Of a DNA stretch of 64,000 nt, positions 26,650-39,084 are shown piece by piece. The translations under genes and the position numbers were made by a program. Each line of letters starts with the position of its first letter. The first letter of the stretch is position 1. The DNA is from Balanoglossus misakiensis (lineage: Eukaryota; Animalia; Hemichordata), in NCBI GenBank assembly GCA_040954595.2, contig CM082592.2, positions 1,054,001 to 1,118,000 on the forward strand, given 5' to 3'. The notes beneath the pieces were generated by a model. The model searched no databases and had not been told where the DNA came from. It was given only the letters and a program-made list of their open reading frames with translations.

Positions 26650-29137
26650 AAAATCACTGGGTCAGATACTTTTTTTCATATATACATCAACAGAGATGAC
26701 TATTTCACGATGATTAATTTTCTCGTTCACTGCCTGATTTGTTATCTCCGATTAACAGCATTAGCGCTATTTTGTCAGCGAAATTGCGTTTCGTCCATTG
26801 TCCCTCAAACCAAACTTGCAACAGAGTTAATACCGAAAGCTTGCAATCATGTAACATGTTGCAAAATCATCGAGCAATGGTCATCAATGATCACGTCCCC
26901 ACAGGGTAGTACATGTACAGCTAGTCCCCACAGGGTAGTACATGTACAGCTATTATTAGAACCATAGTTACGCATAGTAACCAAACATGAGACATGGGCC
27001 CGGGCCCAAGCCCAGTTGAACGCGACTTTGCGTGCCCACGGACGCTCCAAATTTCACCCAGTAAATCGCATTATTTCAAAATGAATACAAATAGCTGTTC
27101 TCACTGTACCACTCAGCCTGCATATAGCTCTAGTAATTCCGATTTCTTCCGTGCCCCGTCAACGGCGACAAGGCCTACTCGACTCACAGCATGCACAGCG
27201 CGACGTTTTCGATTGGATGGTTGCAAACTCTCGTTTGTCGGGATATTAAAAGGTTAATTTGTGATGGCTGAAAATTTTTACAACTGTTCAGGAGTCAATA
27301 GTTACAGCATGGAGCTAGCAGTACCTAAATTCCAAATTAGCTCTGCACGCGTACAGGTCCGCCGTGTTCCTGACGACACGACCTCCACCATGTACGCATA
27401 TATCATTATATGTCTTAGCCTTTGCTTATAGTGCGGTATGATATGTCGAGAAAAACAGCTCCCGTAGGATTTTTGTGCTAAAATTGATTTTTTTGCTGTT
27501 TTGGCTTCTATGGGGACCCAACTACCCGAAAATGATGGGGTGCAATTTTAAGGGCCCCTCCATCATATTTTTCTGGGGGGGGGGGGTACTTCCGTTTTGT
27601 GGTATGATGTGTTATCCCGTAGGATTTTTGCGCTAAAATTGATTTTTTGCTGTTTTGGCTTCAATGGGGACCCAACTACCCAAAAATGATGGGGTGCAAT
27701 TTTTAGGGCCCCTCTATCATTTTTTTGGGGGGGGGGGTCACTCCCGTTTTGGCCTCCCCGAAGATATTTATTCACCTATCTACTCCATTTTCGTAGAATT
27801 TTCTGCTAAAGATTTTTTTTGCTGTTTTGGCTTAAATTGGAACCCACCTGGTCACAAAAGATCACATGCAAATTTAGGGCCCCTATATTACATTTGTGGT
27901 GGGGGGCACTTCCGTTTCGACAATCTTAACGGTATTTGTTCACATATTTCATGTATTCTCTGATGCTGATAGTTATTTGTTTTGTTTGCTGTTTTGGTTT
28001 CAATGATGAATAAACATCCCCAAAATGATGGAAATCAATTTGTTGGACCCGTCCATCACATTTTCTTGCAGGGGGGTCACTTTAGTTTTAGCAGCCCTGG
28101 AGATATTTGTTCATTGAGCTAACCTTCATAGTGTGACATGTGAATTTGTAAAGGATTTCTTCCAATTTCTTTTTTTTTAACTTCTATGGGGCTGCTCAAA
28201 AATGAGGGAGGTCAAATTTTAGGGCCTCTCCACATTTTGGCAATCTCAAATATTAGACGGTTTATGGGGTAAACATATCAGTTACCTACATTTGTATCAG
28301 TTGTCGCATATACTAAAGCACTATCTTAGTTTTATAAATATACTTAGTTGATTTATGACACTAACAAATCAACCACAAATATCTCTCTGGTTTGGACTTA
28401 GCATAAGATACCTCCCCTCACCTTGGACCGCCACCAAACTCATCACCACACTCATTTTTTCTATGGTTTACAAAAGTAAAGTAGGCTATACCAAATAGTA
28501 TAATATATGAGGGTTGCACTTTTTTCTCTTTCCCGGGCCAATTAGTGGAAGTCTGTGTAGATGTGAACTTTTTCGTTAAGAGTTGTTTATTCTTTCGTAG
28601 CACAATCAATGTCTGAGATATTTACCATTGTACTAAAATTCTCACTGATATCAGTCTTCGCAAAAACTCTGAAGTACGTTTTAGTTCAACACTTGTATTT
28701 TGGGGTATTAAAACGATATTCAGTTGAACTCATTTCAAAGTTAAATACTGTCGTAAATAAAGCCTGTGAAGTACATATCAGTTGAAGTATTGTCTATTTT
28801 AAAGTAGTATTGTCAACTTTTCACGCCAATAGCGTAATAGTGCTGTAAAAAGCCCTTGAACTATGTCTTACTTCTAAAACTTGTTTTTGGTAAACATTAA
28901 CAATATCAAATTTGGCTCATTTTGAAGCTCAATACTACTGAAAATAAAACAAGTCTGTGAACTACATCTCAGTTTTATTACTAAATACATATTGGCTATT
29001 TTCTTAGCACCGTAAGCCGCGTATTACGTTCCAGATCGATAGCTATTTGGACATTTTGCAATAAACTACAGAATTATTTTTTCAGATAAAAACAAGATTT
29101 GCGTGATCTGTGAAAAGGGGGCCACCCCTTCATCACA

Positions 29138-29365
29138 ATGAGGGATAAATCATACGCAAACAATTGTCCTGAACTTCCACCAATCGAAAAGAATGGGTGA
29201 AAATCAGAGAATGGCGTGTTTTATCCAGTAAAATGTCTTGCTCTCCCAAAGGCAGTACTAGAGCTTATCAAATGTGGCTGCAAAGCAGGTTGTAGGGGAC
29301 GTTGCAGTTGCTCAAAGAATGATTTACCATGTACTCCCCTCTGCAAATGCTATGGTGGAGACTGA
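29138..29365 (+). pseudogene. C-terminal Cys8 zinc-finger fragment of an Academ transposase
   Basis: Manual translation: PELPPIEKNG*KSENGVFYPVKCLALPKAVLELIKCGCKAGCRGRCSCSKNDLPCTPLCKC; absent from the ORF track because of the internal stop. Confidence 0.8.
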
Positions 29366-30562
29366 AAACCAATTAAGGGAAAATGTTCTTGAAGATAACG
29401 ACACTGACGATGAGTAGATCAAACAGAACTGTTTTTTTGTGTGAAAATGATGATTGAGAATACCAAGATATCAGAAAAGAATCGTTATGCTTCTTGGGTT
29501 GTTTATTGCACCTTCCGTGGTAGGGAGGGTGCCTCAAGGGTTCATTTTATGAGATGGGACTGTAGCTCGGAAAATAAACTAAAATACACATTATGTACTT
29601 TATTATATATAAAGGAGTTTTAATGTACCTTAGTATACTAAATTTAGAATAAACGAAAAAATCTACGATTAAAAAACAACTGTTACAACAGGTTGGCAAA
29701 AAACAAATATAAGGAACCCCCCCCCCCCCACCAAAAAATTGTGGTAAAGGGGTCCAACATTTTGCACACCATCACTTTTCGGCAGTCAGTCTGCATTCAA
29801 GCCAAAGGAGCAAACACAAATTGCAAGAAATACCACGACAATACTAACCGTATAGTAAATAGGTGAACAAGTATCTTCAGGGTGGCCAAAACAGAAATGA
29901 TTACCCCCCCAAAGACATGATGGAAGGTTCAAAAAATTTGAACACCATCATTTTACTTCTGGTGGAGCCCCATTGAAACCAAAACATCAAAGAAAAATAA
30001 TATTTTTAGCAAAATATTCTATGAGAAGGGAGTAAATAGGCCAACAAACAACTTCGGAGTGGCCAAAAGGGAAGTGCCCCCCCCCAATAAAAATGATGGA
30101 GGGGCCCTATAATTTGCACCCTATTATTTTTGGCCAGGTGGGTCCCCTCCAAAGCAAAAACAACAAAAACAAATTAATTGTAGCCCAAATTCCCATGATA
30201 ATAGAGTAAATAGACCAACAAACAACTTCGGAGTGGCCAAAATGGAAGTGCCCCCCCCCAAATAAAAAATGATGGAGGGGCCCTTTAATTTGCACCAATT
30301 ATTTTTGGCCAGGTGGGTCCCCTCCAAAGCAAAAACCACAAAAACAAATTAATTGTAGCCCAAATTCCCATGATGATAGAGTAAATAGGTGACCAAATAT
30401 CCTCGAGTGACTACAACAGAAGAGACCCCCCGAAAAAAAATTATGGAGGGGCCCTAAAAATTGCACCCCATGATTTTTCGGTAGTTGGGTCCCCATTGAA
30501 GGCAAACAGCAAAAAAAATCAATTTTAGCACAAAAATCCTACGGGAATACACATCATACCAC

Positions 30563-32951
30563 TACGGTCGCCCTCTCATGTCACGCCAAATATTATTTTG
30601 AAAGTAAACTTTCAAAATTATAGACAATATCTTCTCCCAAAAGTAAACTTATGTTTTGGTGAAGGCAACTATAATTTTGACGCACACAATTTCAATTTCA
30701 GTGGAGTAGACTTTTTAATTTTGACAGTAAAACTTTAAATTTACTTTACACAACTCTTATTTTAGAGAACAAAATTTTAATTTCCGAAAGCCAATTTTAC
30801 TTTTCCCGAGAGTAAAATTTTAAGATTTTTTTCCAAAATAAACTTCTAACACTTGAGATAAAATATTATCTATACTACATAGAATTTGTTTTATTTTCGG
30901 AAAGAAATATTTAATTTTGTAAAACTTTTTTTAAGTAACATTACTTTTCGCGGGTGAAAATTTTATTTTACAGATGTAAATATATTTTTATCTAATTTAT
31001 AGTTACACAACTTATGGGGGCGCTCTTTCTATTGCTACTGACAAACTTTTTCATGGGGGCGCTATTCAGGTTTCGGCGTGCGAATTTCTTTTACATGCAT
31101 GACAAAATATATTTTCAGAAAGCAAAATATTTTTTTCTTCGCGGCGGAAATGAAGCTATCCCACAATTCCCGTACATGAGAACTTTACAGGAGTACATAA
31201 ATCCAACAAACAGATGAGATGGCTATCTATCCACAGTGCAATGTTTACAGATTGTATCAACTACGGCCGGGCAGACAAATCCGGACAATCTCGCCGCCAT
31301 CGTAGACCTTTAAATGACGCTGTCGATCAAATCGAATACAAGATGTAGGGGAGTCGGTCCGTGGGAGAAATCGGCCAGGTGCGAACTCGGCTCGTAAAAT
31401 CATTGAAATTAAAGTTCTTTAAATTATGTTTCGATTAACCGGCTGTCCCTTCCAATTTCGGGTGTTTCACGTCGAGGACGGACTGAAGCAGCTCCACGCG
31501 ACCACTTTGGAAAACTCCCCGGTGACCTCATAAGCGGCAGCGCGTCCATCTACATGATCGTTGAATTCGAGGCACGGTCCCGAGGGACCATGTCTGAGGT
31601 CATGTTTTCTAGAGCGGCTATCTATAACTCAGCGTGGCCAGTCGGCCACGGTGGGTTCGATAATCAGCGCGAAAGTCGACCATCATATGGAAATTGTTTG
31701 CCGTCGATGTCCAAGTAAACAATAGCGTGTAAGGTGAACATGTGTGGGTGGGATCGACCATTTTACCCTAAACGGAACAGCCGGTTAATGGGACTGTTTT
31801 GTCTGCGCCCATGGTGTCCTGATTAAACGGCGGCGACTGTACCACGGTCATTCCACAAACTGCCTAGGGACAGGGACAGAGCAGCACTGTGGTTTACTGT
31901 ACACGTAAAATGTGAAGCATACACGAAACATAATTTAAGGGACTTTAATTTAAACGATCCTACGAGCCAAGTTCGCACCTGGCCGATTTCTCCCACGGAC
32001 GGACTCCCCTAGATCTTGTATTCAATTTGATCGACAGCGTCATTCAAAGGTCTACGATACGTCGGCGAAATTGTCCGGATTTGTCTGCCCCGGCCGTAGT
32101 AGATACAATCCGTAAACATTGCACTGTGGATAGATAGCCATCTCATCTGTTTGTTGGATTTATGTACTCCTGTAACGTTCTCATGTACGGGAATTGTGGG
32201 ATAGCTTCATTTCCGCCGCGAAGAAAAAAATATTTTGCTTTCTGAAAATATATTTTGTCATGCATGTAAAAGAAATTCGCACGCCGAAACCTGAATTGCG
32301 CCCTCATAACAAAAGTTTGTCAGTAGCATTAGAAAGAGCGCCCCCATAAGTTGTGTTACTAGAAATCATATTAAATTTACCCCTGTAAAATAAAATTTTC
32401 ACCCGGGAAAAATGATTTGTTACTTTAGAAAATTTTTTTTTTTCTTAAGCAATAAAAACATTTTGTTTTAAAATGTAAAGTAATTCCATCGAGTACAGAT
32501 AATTTTATCTCGAGTGTTTAAAGGTTATTTAAATGTAAATTAAAATTTAACTCCGTAAAATATTTTCACCTGGGAAAAATAATTTGCAATTTTACAAAAG
32601 AAACTTTTTCTTTATAAAGTAAAACATTTCTTTTTGAAAAAAAAATCCACGTAGTATGAATAAGTTTATCTCAAGTTGTTACTGTTTATTTTGGACAACA
32701 TAAATCTTTATTAAAATATTATTCTTGGAAAAAATAAAATTTACTTTCGAAAAATAAATTTGGTTCTCTAAAATAAAATTTGTGATAAGTAAAATTAAAG
32801 TTTTACTGTCAAAATCAAAACTTTTGTCCATCAAAATTAGTTGCCGCCACCAAAATTAAAGTTTACTTTTTGGGAAAAGATATTGTCTATCTAAAATTAA
32901 AGTTTAACTTTCAAAATAATAAATTGAAATTGTCGTGTAGGGGCCACGATA
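30563..32951. mobile_element. Foldback non-autonomous element with 6-bp TSD TACCAC (IS3EU-like TAYGG terminus)
   Basis: TSD at 30557-62 and 32952-57; inverted arms 30563-31433 and 31924-32951, nearly identical over the inner ~420 bp. Confidence 0.8.
31434..31839. mobile_element. Truncated pogo/Tigger-like MITE forming most of the foldback spacer
   Basis: Ends ...GATTAAACGGCGGCGACTG|TA; internal inverted ATTAACCGGCTGT / ACAGCCGGTTAAT. Confidence 0.45.
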
Positions 32952-33079
32952 TACCACACTATGAGGGGGAATCCCCACATCGAGAATGTTTACAAAGTAA
33001 TTTACGCATTCGCCGTGTTGCAATAACTCATGTTGGTACACACTTCACCTTAATAATTTCACTTATTATTAATAAACAG

Positions 33080-35166
33080 ATCGGGGAACACAATGCCCAC
33101 CCAACAATGGTTTCAAGTACAGAATAAGTGCCCCCACCCCCACCACCACCACCACCACCACCACCAACAACAACAACAGCAGCAACAACACATCTGGCAG
33201 TAACACCAGCCTTCTGCGCAACATCTATGATGTTGTGCAGCTATTAAATTCCAAAATTGACAAATTGGCAGAAGACCAACAAAAAATCAAATCAATCCTT
33301 TTCAAATCAACAAAAGTACAAGCCCAGCAATTTGAAGTAAGGAAAGGCTCCTATGAATATGTAAGTACCGTAATCCAAGTTTGTTTGGAATATAATTTAT
33401 TTTAAAATATCAAAAGAACACAATCAAAGTATACTGAGTAGCTTAAAAAAAGCGATTTTTTTTCATATTAAATGTTGATCGCTCCAACAAGGGAAATACC
33501 AAGACAGGACATTTATGTGAGTACTGTACTTAAGTTCACCTGCATGTAGAATGAAAATACCTACACCTAAATGTGGGATGATTCCAAACCTTGTAAGCAT
33601 GACCTATACACACCAGTATACATTACAAGCCTCAGAAAGGGAATAATCTTCTGATGTACTGAAGTATTATAGATCATGTATAAGCTGCAATTTACAATTT
33701 TGTAAAAATTAATATTTGTTGAAATGGTAAAGCACTGCTAATGACATTCTTAACATTTTAATAAAAGTAATAATTTCAATGTATTTTCAAGTATCTTTCC
33801 AATATATACAGTAATAGGAACCTGACTGAAAATGGTCAGGTTCCTAAACTGTGTATCACGATTTAACTGCACCATAATTAAAGAAACAATTTCTATTGAT
33901 AGGACTATATCAAAGAAGAATTTCCGGAGTACAAGGCAAACGCAGTCAGGAAAATGATGACATTTTGCCAGAGAAAAATAAGTGAATGGAAACAGGAGGA
34001 AGTGCGAAAGGTAAAAAATCAGACACATACACATACATTGTACACACACACACACACACATTGCACTCAAACTAAGTAAATGCATGTTTAACAGTATACA
34101 TTGCTCACCCACATATGTACCATGCTGCATGTTATCCAATATGTCAAATATAATTGCACCAAATCTAAACTGCTCTCATCATTGTCAAAATAAGACATTG
34201 AATTGAATTGAATTGAATTGAATTGTGTGCTTTTCAGAGTAATGGTTTTCAAAGGTTTACATAATTATAGTACATACTGTTTTAACTTCTAATTTTATCA
34301 GATCATCTCACATGAAGAAGAAAAGAAGCAGTACGCCGGGATGGACACCCTGACTCTGGCGGAGACAATCTGCAGACCAAAAATGGTCAATGTGTTGCCG
34401 AAGATTTTATATTGTCTGGCGCTGGTTGTAAGTACATGTATTTGAAATGTTTTGATAAATACTTGTAAGCAATTAGTACCGTAATCGAGCCTTCTGTTCG
34501 ACCAGGAAAAAATAATTATGAACCGAAGGCCTGATTTTGGTAAGTTTTTTTTTACTAAAGTTTACCATGTATCCAAAAGCAGTCTCTGATCATTAGGACT
34601 GGCACACACTCATTTACACAGACAAACATGCAAATACTGTAATAGGATTTTGATGATATTGATAGTACACATTCTATCAAAACAATTAGAGGTTATAAAT
34701 AGCAATAAACAAGGGTACCATTCTGGATAATACAAGTTCTATCGGGTTAAATAATAGCATTGTTGTGGTTATATACTCACCTCGTTTTGTGATTACTGCT
34801 ACCAAATTGCTTATTTTCTGTGGTCAATAAATTTCAAAAGCAACTACCGGCATATTTTTCAAGCAACTTTTGCATGTTTCTTGTCCTGAAATGTTGCATT
34901 TTGACAATACAAGGTCACACGTATGGGGCCATGAAAGTGACATCATTATTTCACAGACTGAGCTATGACAATTATACTGGACTCACAAGTGTTTCTGAGG
35001 TGTTTTTTCCCCTTTATTATAGAGAAAATATTATCGAGATGAGGCGCCAGACAGAAGTGGCTTCTGGACCACATACCATAATTGGTATAACAACATCGGC
35101 AAGAAGCTGCAGGTGGACGATGTTATGGCTGATGATGAAGAGTATTACAATGATTTTGAACTATAA
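33080..35166 (+). CDS. Second (accessory) gene of the CMC element, unknown function with a predicted coiled coil; 5' exons probably at ~27264-27390 and ~32965-33034
   Basis: Exons 33080-33360 (T/N-rich, LLRNIYDVVQLLNSKIDKLAEDQQKIK), ~33470-33516, 33903-34010, 34302-34427, 35023-35166 (SGFWTTYHNWY...stop) with GT-AG boundaries; AATAAA at ~35273. Confidence 0.65.
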
Positions 35167-35500
35167 ATTATTTTTGTGTGTTTGTTATTGTTGTTTGTGT
35201 CTTTATATTGTTGTTTCATAAAGTTCTTGCCGTTATTTAATATTTGATCTGTATTATTTTTTTCTTGATATTAATAAATGATTAAAAGTAATTTTACCTT
35301 TAGGGCTATAAATGTGATAATTGTGCACCCACAAAATGAATTATAAAATTCAATTACCATCATTTCTCACTGACAGACACATGACAACAGACATTTGGAA
35401 AAAAAAAATTCATATCAAAGTTGTATCAAACTTATTAAAAAAGACTGGGGTATTACAGCAGTGTAATACAGTAAGAGCTTTATTTTGAACAAACAACACA

Positions 35501-35706
35501 GTACTGCTGGGCCAGTCATGTTACAGCACTGTACTAGCAGCGCTGTAACAGTACTGCTGGGCCAGTCCTGTTACAGCACTGTTCTAGCAGCGCTGTAACA
35601 GTACTGCTGGGCCAGTCCTGTTACAGCACTGTTCTAGCAGCGCTGTAACAGTACTGCTGGGCCAGTCCTGTTACAACACTGTTCTAGCAGCGCTGTAACA
35701 GTACTG
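35501..35706 (+). repeat. Four 50-bp tandem subterminal repeats of the CMC element
   Basis: GTACTGCTGGGCCAGTCCTGTTACAGCACTGTTCTAGCAGCGCTGTAACA at 35501, 35551, 35601 and 35651. Confidence 0.95.
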
Positions 35707-35865
35707 TCAAGGCATACATGGAACATTCCTGATACAGCAGTGTTCCTAGCATGGTACATTGCAATAACAGAGTTGAAACACCCATGTCATTACAGACATG
35801 AAACATTGATGTGGCATGACTGTTTCATGTCTGTTATGTTACATGGCTGTAGACTTTTAGCTGTG

Positions 35866-38845
35866 TACATTTATTAGATATCAGCTAATTTTGGACAATC
35901 ATCTAAAATCTAAATCATTTTTTCATATTTGGATATCTGATGATGTATGAAATTTCCATTATATGTAAAAATGGTGCTGATTATAAAAAATGCACTCTGA
36001 ATGAGCTGATTTAATACAAAATTGCGTTTTATTCGTTTTTGCACCAAAAAGGTCATTTTTAGGCAAAACATTCTTTATTTTTTTAATTCGGTGACCTGAT
36101 CATATATAAACAATTGCTTGTATGTTAAAAGTTTTTATGACTTTTAAAAGCAGTGACACTGGCGGCATTCAACACGAAAATAACAATTTTAGCCACAATT
36201 TGGTCAAAATGGTAAATTTTTGAAAATTACAAAAAATACCTGTTTTCTACGTTTTCGGAAATCTGATGGAGTATAGATTGCTCTTCGTATGTATATATCG
36301 ATACAAATTACACAAAAGACAGTCTAATTTGGCTCACTGCAGACAAAATTGCGTTTTACCAAATTTTCCTTGAAAATGTCATTTTTAGAGAAAAAAATAT
36401 AAAAACCTTTGTTATTCGAATTTGGTGCCCTGATCATATATGACATGTTGATTGTATGTTAAAAGTTTCGACCACTCCAAAAATGCAGAGATATTGACGG
36501 AATTCAAGAAAAAATAGCCATTTTGGCCATATTTTGACAAAAATGGTAAATTTTTAAAAAATCATAAAAAATTAACTCTTTTCTTCATTTTCGGAAATAT
36601 TATGGAGCATCAAGTGTCGTTCTCTTGTAAAAAGTGCTGCAAATTCCAGAAAAGGCGGTATAATTTGAATCACCCAAGACAAAATTACCATTTTCGACTT
36701 TTTACGAAAAATTGTCTTTTTTACAATATAAATAAGAATAAATTCTTTTCTTAGTTTCAAACGGGTAGAGATACTTTCCACACGGGTTTTCTAACATTGA
36801 ATTCCCGTTCATCAACTTAGATTTCCTACAGCATAAGTCGGCTAAAACCCTGACACTCTAGAGCAGAAACAGTTGCACACTGGTAACGTTGAACAAGTCA
36901 ATTTTTCTACGGCCTGGCTCGGCTAAATCTCCGTCTGACTCACAATATGACAGACACTAGCGTACGTTAGCAACGGTGATCAAGTCAGATTTTTTACGGC
37001 ATGGCTTGGATAAAGCCCCGGCACTCTAGAGCAGAAACACGCGTACAGAGACCACGTTGATCAAGTCTGATCTCCTACGGCTTGGCTCGACTAAAACCCC
37101 GGCACACTATGACAGACTCTAGCGTTCGGTAGCAACGTTGATCAAGTCAGATTTCCTACGGCATGGCTTGGCTAAAGCCCTGGCACTCTAGACCAGAAAC
37201 ACGCGTACAGAGACCACGTTGATCAACTCACATTTCCTTCGGCCTGGCACGGCTGATGCCCCGGCACTATATATAGTACACAGACTGGCGTAAGTTAACA
37301 ACGATAATCACGTCGGGTTTCCTACTGCCTGGCTCAGCTGCAGCCCCGGCACTCTAGAGCAGAAACAGGCGTACATTGACCACGTTGATCAAGTCAGATT
37401 TCCTACGGCGTGACTCGGCTGGTGCACCAGTTCTATATGACACAGACTGGCGTAAGTTATCAACGGTGATTACGTCGGATTTCCTACGGCCTGGCTTAGC
37501 TGAAGCCCCGGCACTTTAGAGCGGAAACACGCGTACATTGACCACGATGATCATGTCTGATCTCCTACGGCCTGGCTCGAATAAAACCCCGGCACACCAT
37601 GACAGACACTAGCGTTCGTTAGCAACGGTGATCAAGTAGGATTTCCTCCAGCCTGGCTCAGCTGAAGCCCCGACACTCTAGGACAAAGACGTTAGCTAAG
37701 TCGGACAAACCGAAGAGGGAAAGTCACAGCGGGTTGTTCGGGTAGGACTGCATTATTGCCTGTCAATTTATAGAGAAAGCCCGAATTTAACCAGGGCGTT
37801 TCAAACACCGACGTTAGTTGGGGGCACGGCCTGCAGTACTGCCGGGTAAGCTGACATCGGCGTACCGCATATAATGGGGGGGGGGGGGGGGGGGGGGCAA
37901 ACAGAACGGTTCATTTTTTCATATTTGGATATCTGATGATGTATGAAATGTCCATAATATGTAAAAATGGTGCTGATTCTAAATATTGCACTCTGAATGA
38001 GCTGATTTAATACAAAATTGCGTTTTATCCATTTTTGCACTAAAAAGGTCATTTTTAGGCAAAACATTCTTTATTTTTTTAATTCGGTGACCTGATCATA
38101 TATAAACAATTGCTTGTATGTTAAACATTTTTATGACTCTTAAAAGCAGTGACACTGGCGGCATTAAAGACGAAAATAACCATTTTAGCCACATTTTGGT
38201 CAAAAATGGTAAATTTTTGAAAATTACGAAAAATAACTGTTTTCTACATTTTCGGTAATCTGATGGAGTATAGAATGCCCTTCGTATATATATATTGATA
38301 CAAATTCCAAAAAAGACAGTCTAATTTGGCTCACTGCAGACAAAATTGCATGTTATCAAAATTTGCTTGAAAATGTCATTTTTAGAAAAACAATTAAAAA
38401 AAGCTTTAATTGTTCTTCGAATTCGGTGCCCTGATAATATATGACATGTTGATTGTATGTTAAAACTTTCGACCACTCCAAAAATGCAGAGATATTGACG
38501 GAATTCAAGAAAAAATAGCCATTTTGGCCATATTTTGACAAAAATGGTAATTTTTTAAAAAATCATAAAAAATTAACTTTTTTCTTCATTTTCGGAAATA
38601 TTATGGAGCATGAAGTGTCGTTCTCTTGTAAAAAGTGCTGCAAATTCCAGAAAAGGCGGTATAATTTGAATCACCCAACACAAAATTACCATTTTCGACT
38701 TTTTTTCGAAAATTTGTCTTTTTTACAAAATAAATAAGTATAAATTCTTTTCTTAGTTTCAAATGGGTAGAGATACTTTCCACACGGGTTTTCTAACATT
38801 GAATTCCCGTTCATCAACTCAGATTTCCTACAGCATAAGTCGGCT
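35866..38845 (+). repeat. Macro-repeat units 3 (35866-37912, about 11 monomers) and 4 (partial)
   Basis: Continues the unit broken at 11819; highly similar to 9926-11819. Confidence 0.95.
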
Positions 38846-39080
38846 CAATCTGATTAAAATCGGATGTAGGGAACGGCGAGTTGGTTTTTTTATGCTGTCA
38901 CCTCACACTACATCTGACCAACTCTCAATGGAGATCCCGCTGAACTCTCGCGTTCCGACCCGGCCAATCAGATTGCGTGTTATGCTGACTAAAGAATTGC
39001 ACTGGGAGATGGGAGAAATGTTGTTGTTGACTTCGAGTATCGCACAGAATACGAAAGATTGGCTTTCTCTTGTGAACAAT
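38846..39080 (+). mobile_element. Left end of a CAATCTGATTAAAATC-family element (AcademH-like); other end missing
   Basis: Same terminal sequence as 43997; it truncates the macro-repeat in mid-monomer. Confidence 0.65.
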
Positions 39081-39084
39081 TACG

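Larger units (their letters stand above)
27429..32961 (+). mobile_element. Academ deletion derivative with long inverted subterminal repeat arrays; right TIR interrupted by a nested element
   Basis: Left TAGTGCGGTATGATATGT; right end reconstructs to ACACATCATACCACACTA once 30563-32957 is removed; flanks TTA/TGA; inverted ~155-180-bp repeat arrays at 27460-28240 and 29700-30560; internal Cys8 fragment. Confidence 0.8.
11820..35865 (-). mobile_element. CACTA/EnSpm (CMC)/Plavaka-like DNA transposon with two genes, ~24 kb including nested insertions
   Basis: Uninterrupted site at 9921 reads CAATACTACATTTATTAG; here it reads CAATACTA|CAC...GTG|TACATTTATTAG, a TA duplication (11818-19, 35866-67). 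Imperfect TIRs CACCACTAAAGTGTGACAGGCATG / CACAGCTAAAAGTCTACAGCCATG; subterminal TGTTACAG/CTGTAACA repeats; internal transposase gene. Confidence 0.9.

Noticed and set aside
20690-26967. ORFs starting MTYLSRQNKICYF at 20690 and 26458
   Set aside because: Incidental ORFs starting in the identical LTRs and diverging immediately after them.
8259-38783. Recurring short ORFs (MESISTRLKLRK...) in the AT-rich blocks
   Set aside because: They arise from the repeat itself; frames differ between copies and no motifs are present.
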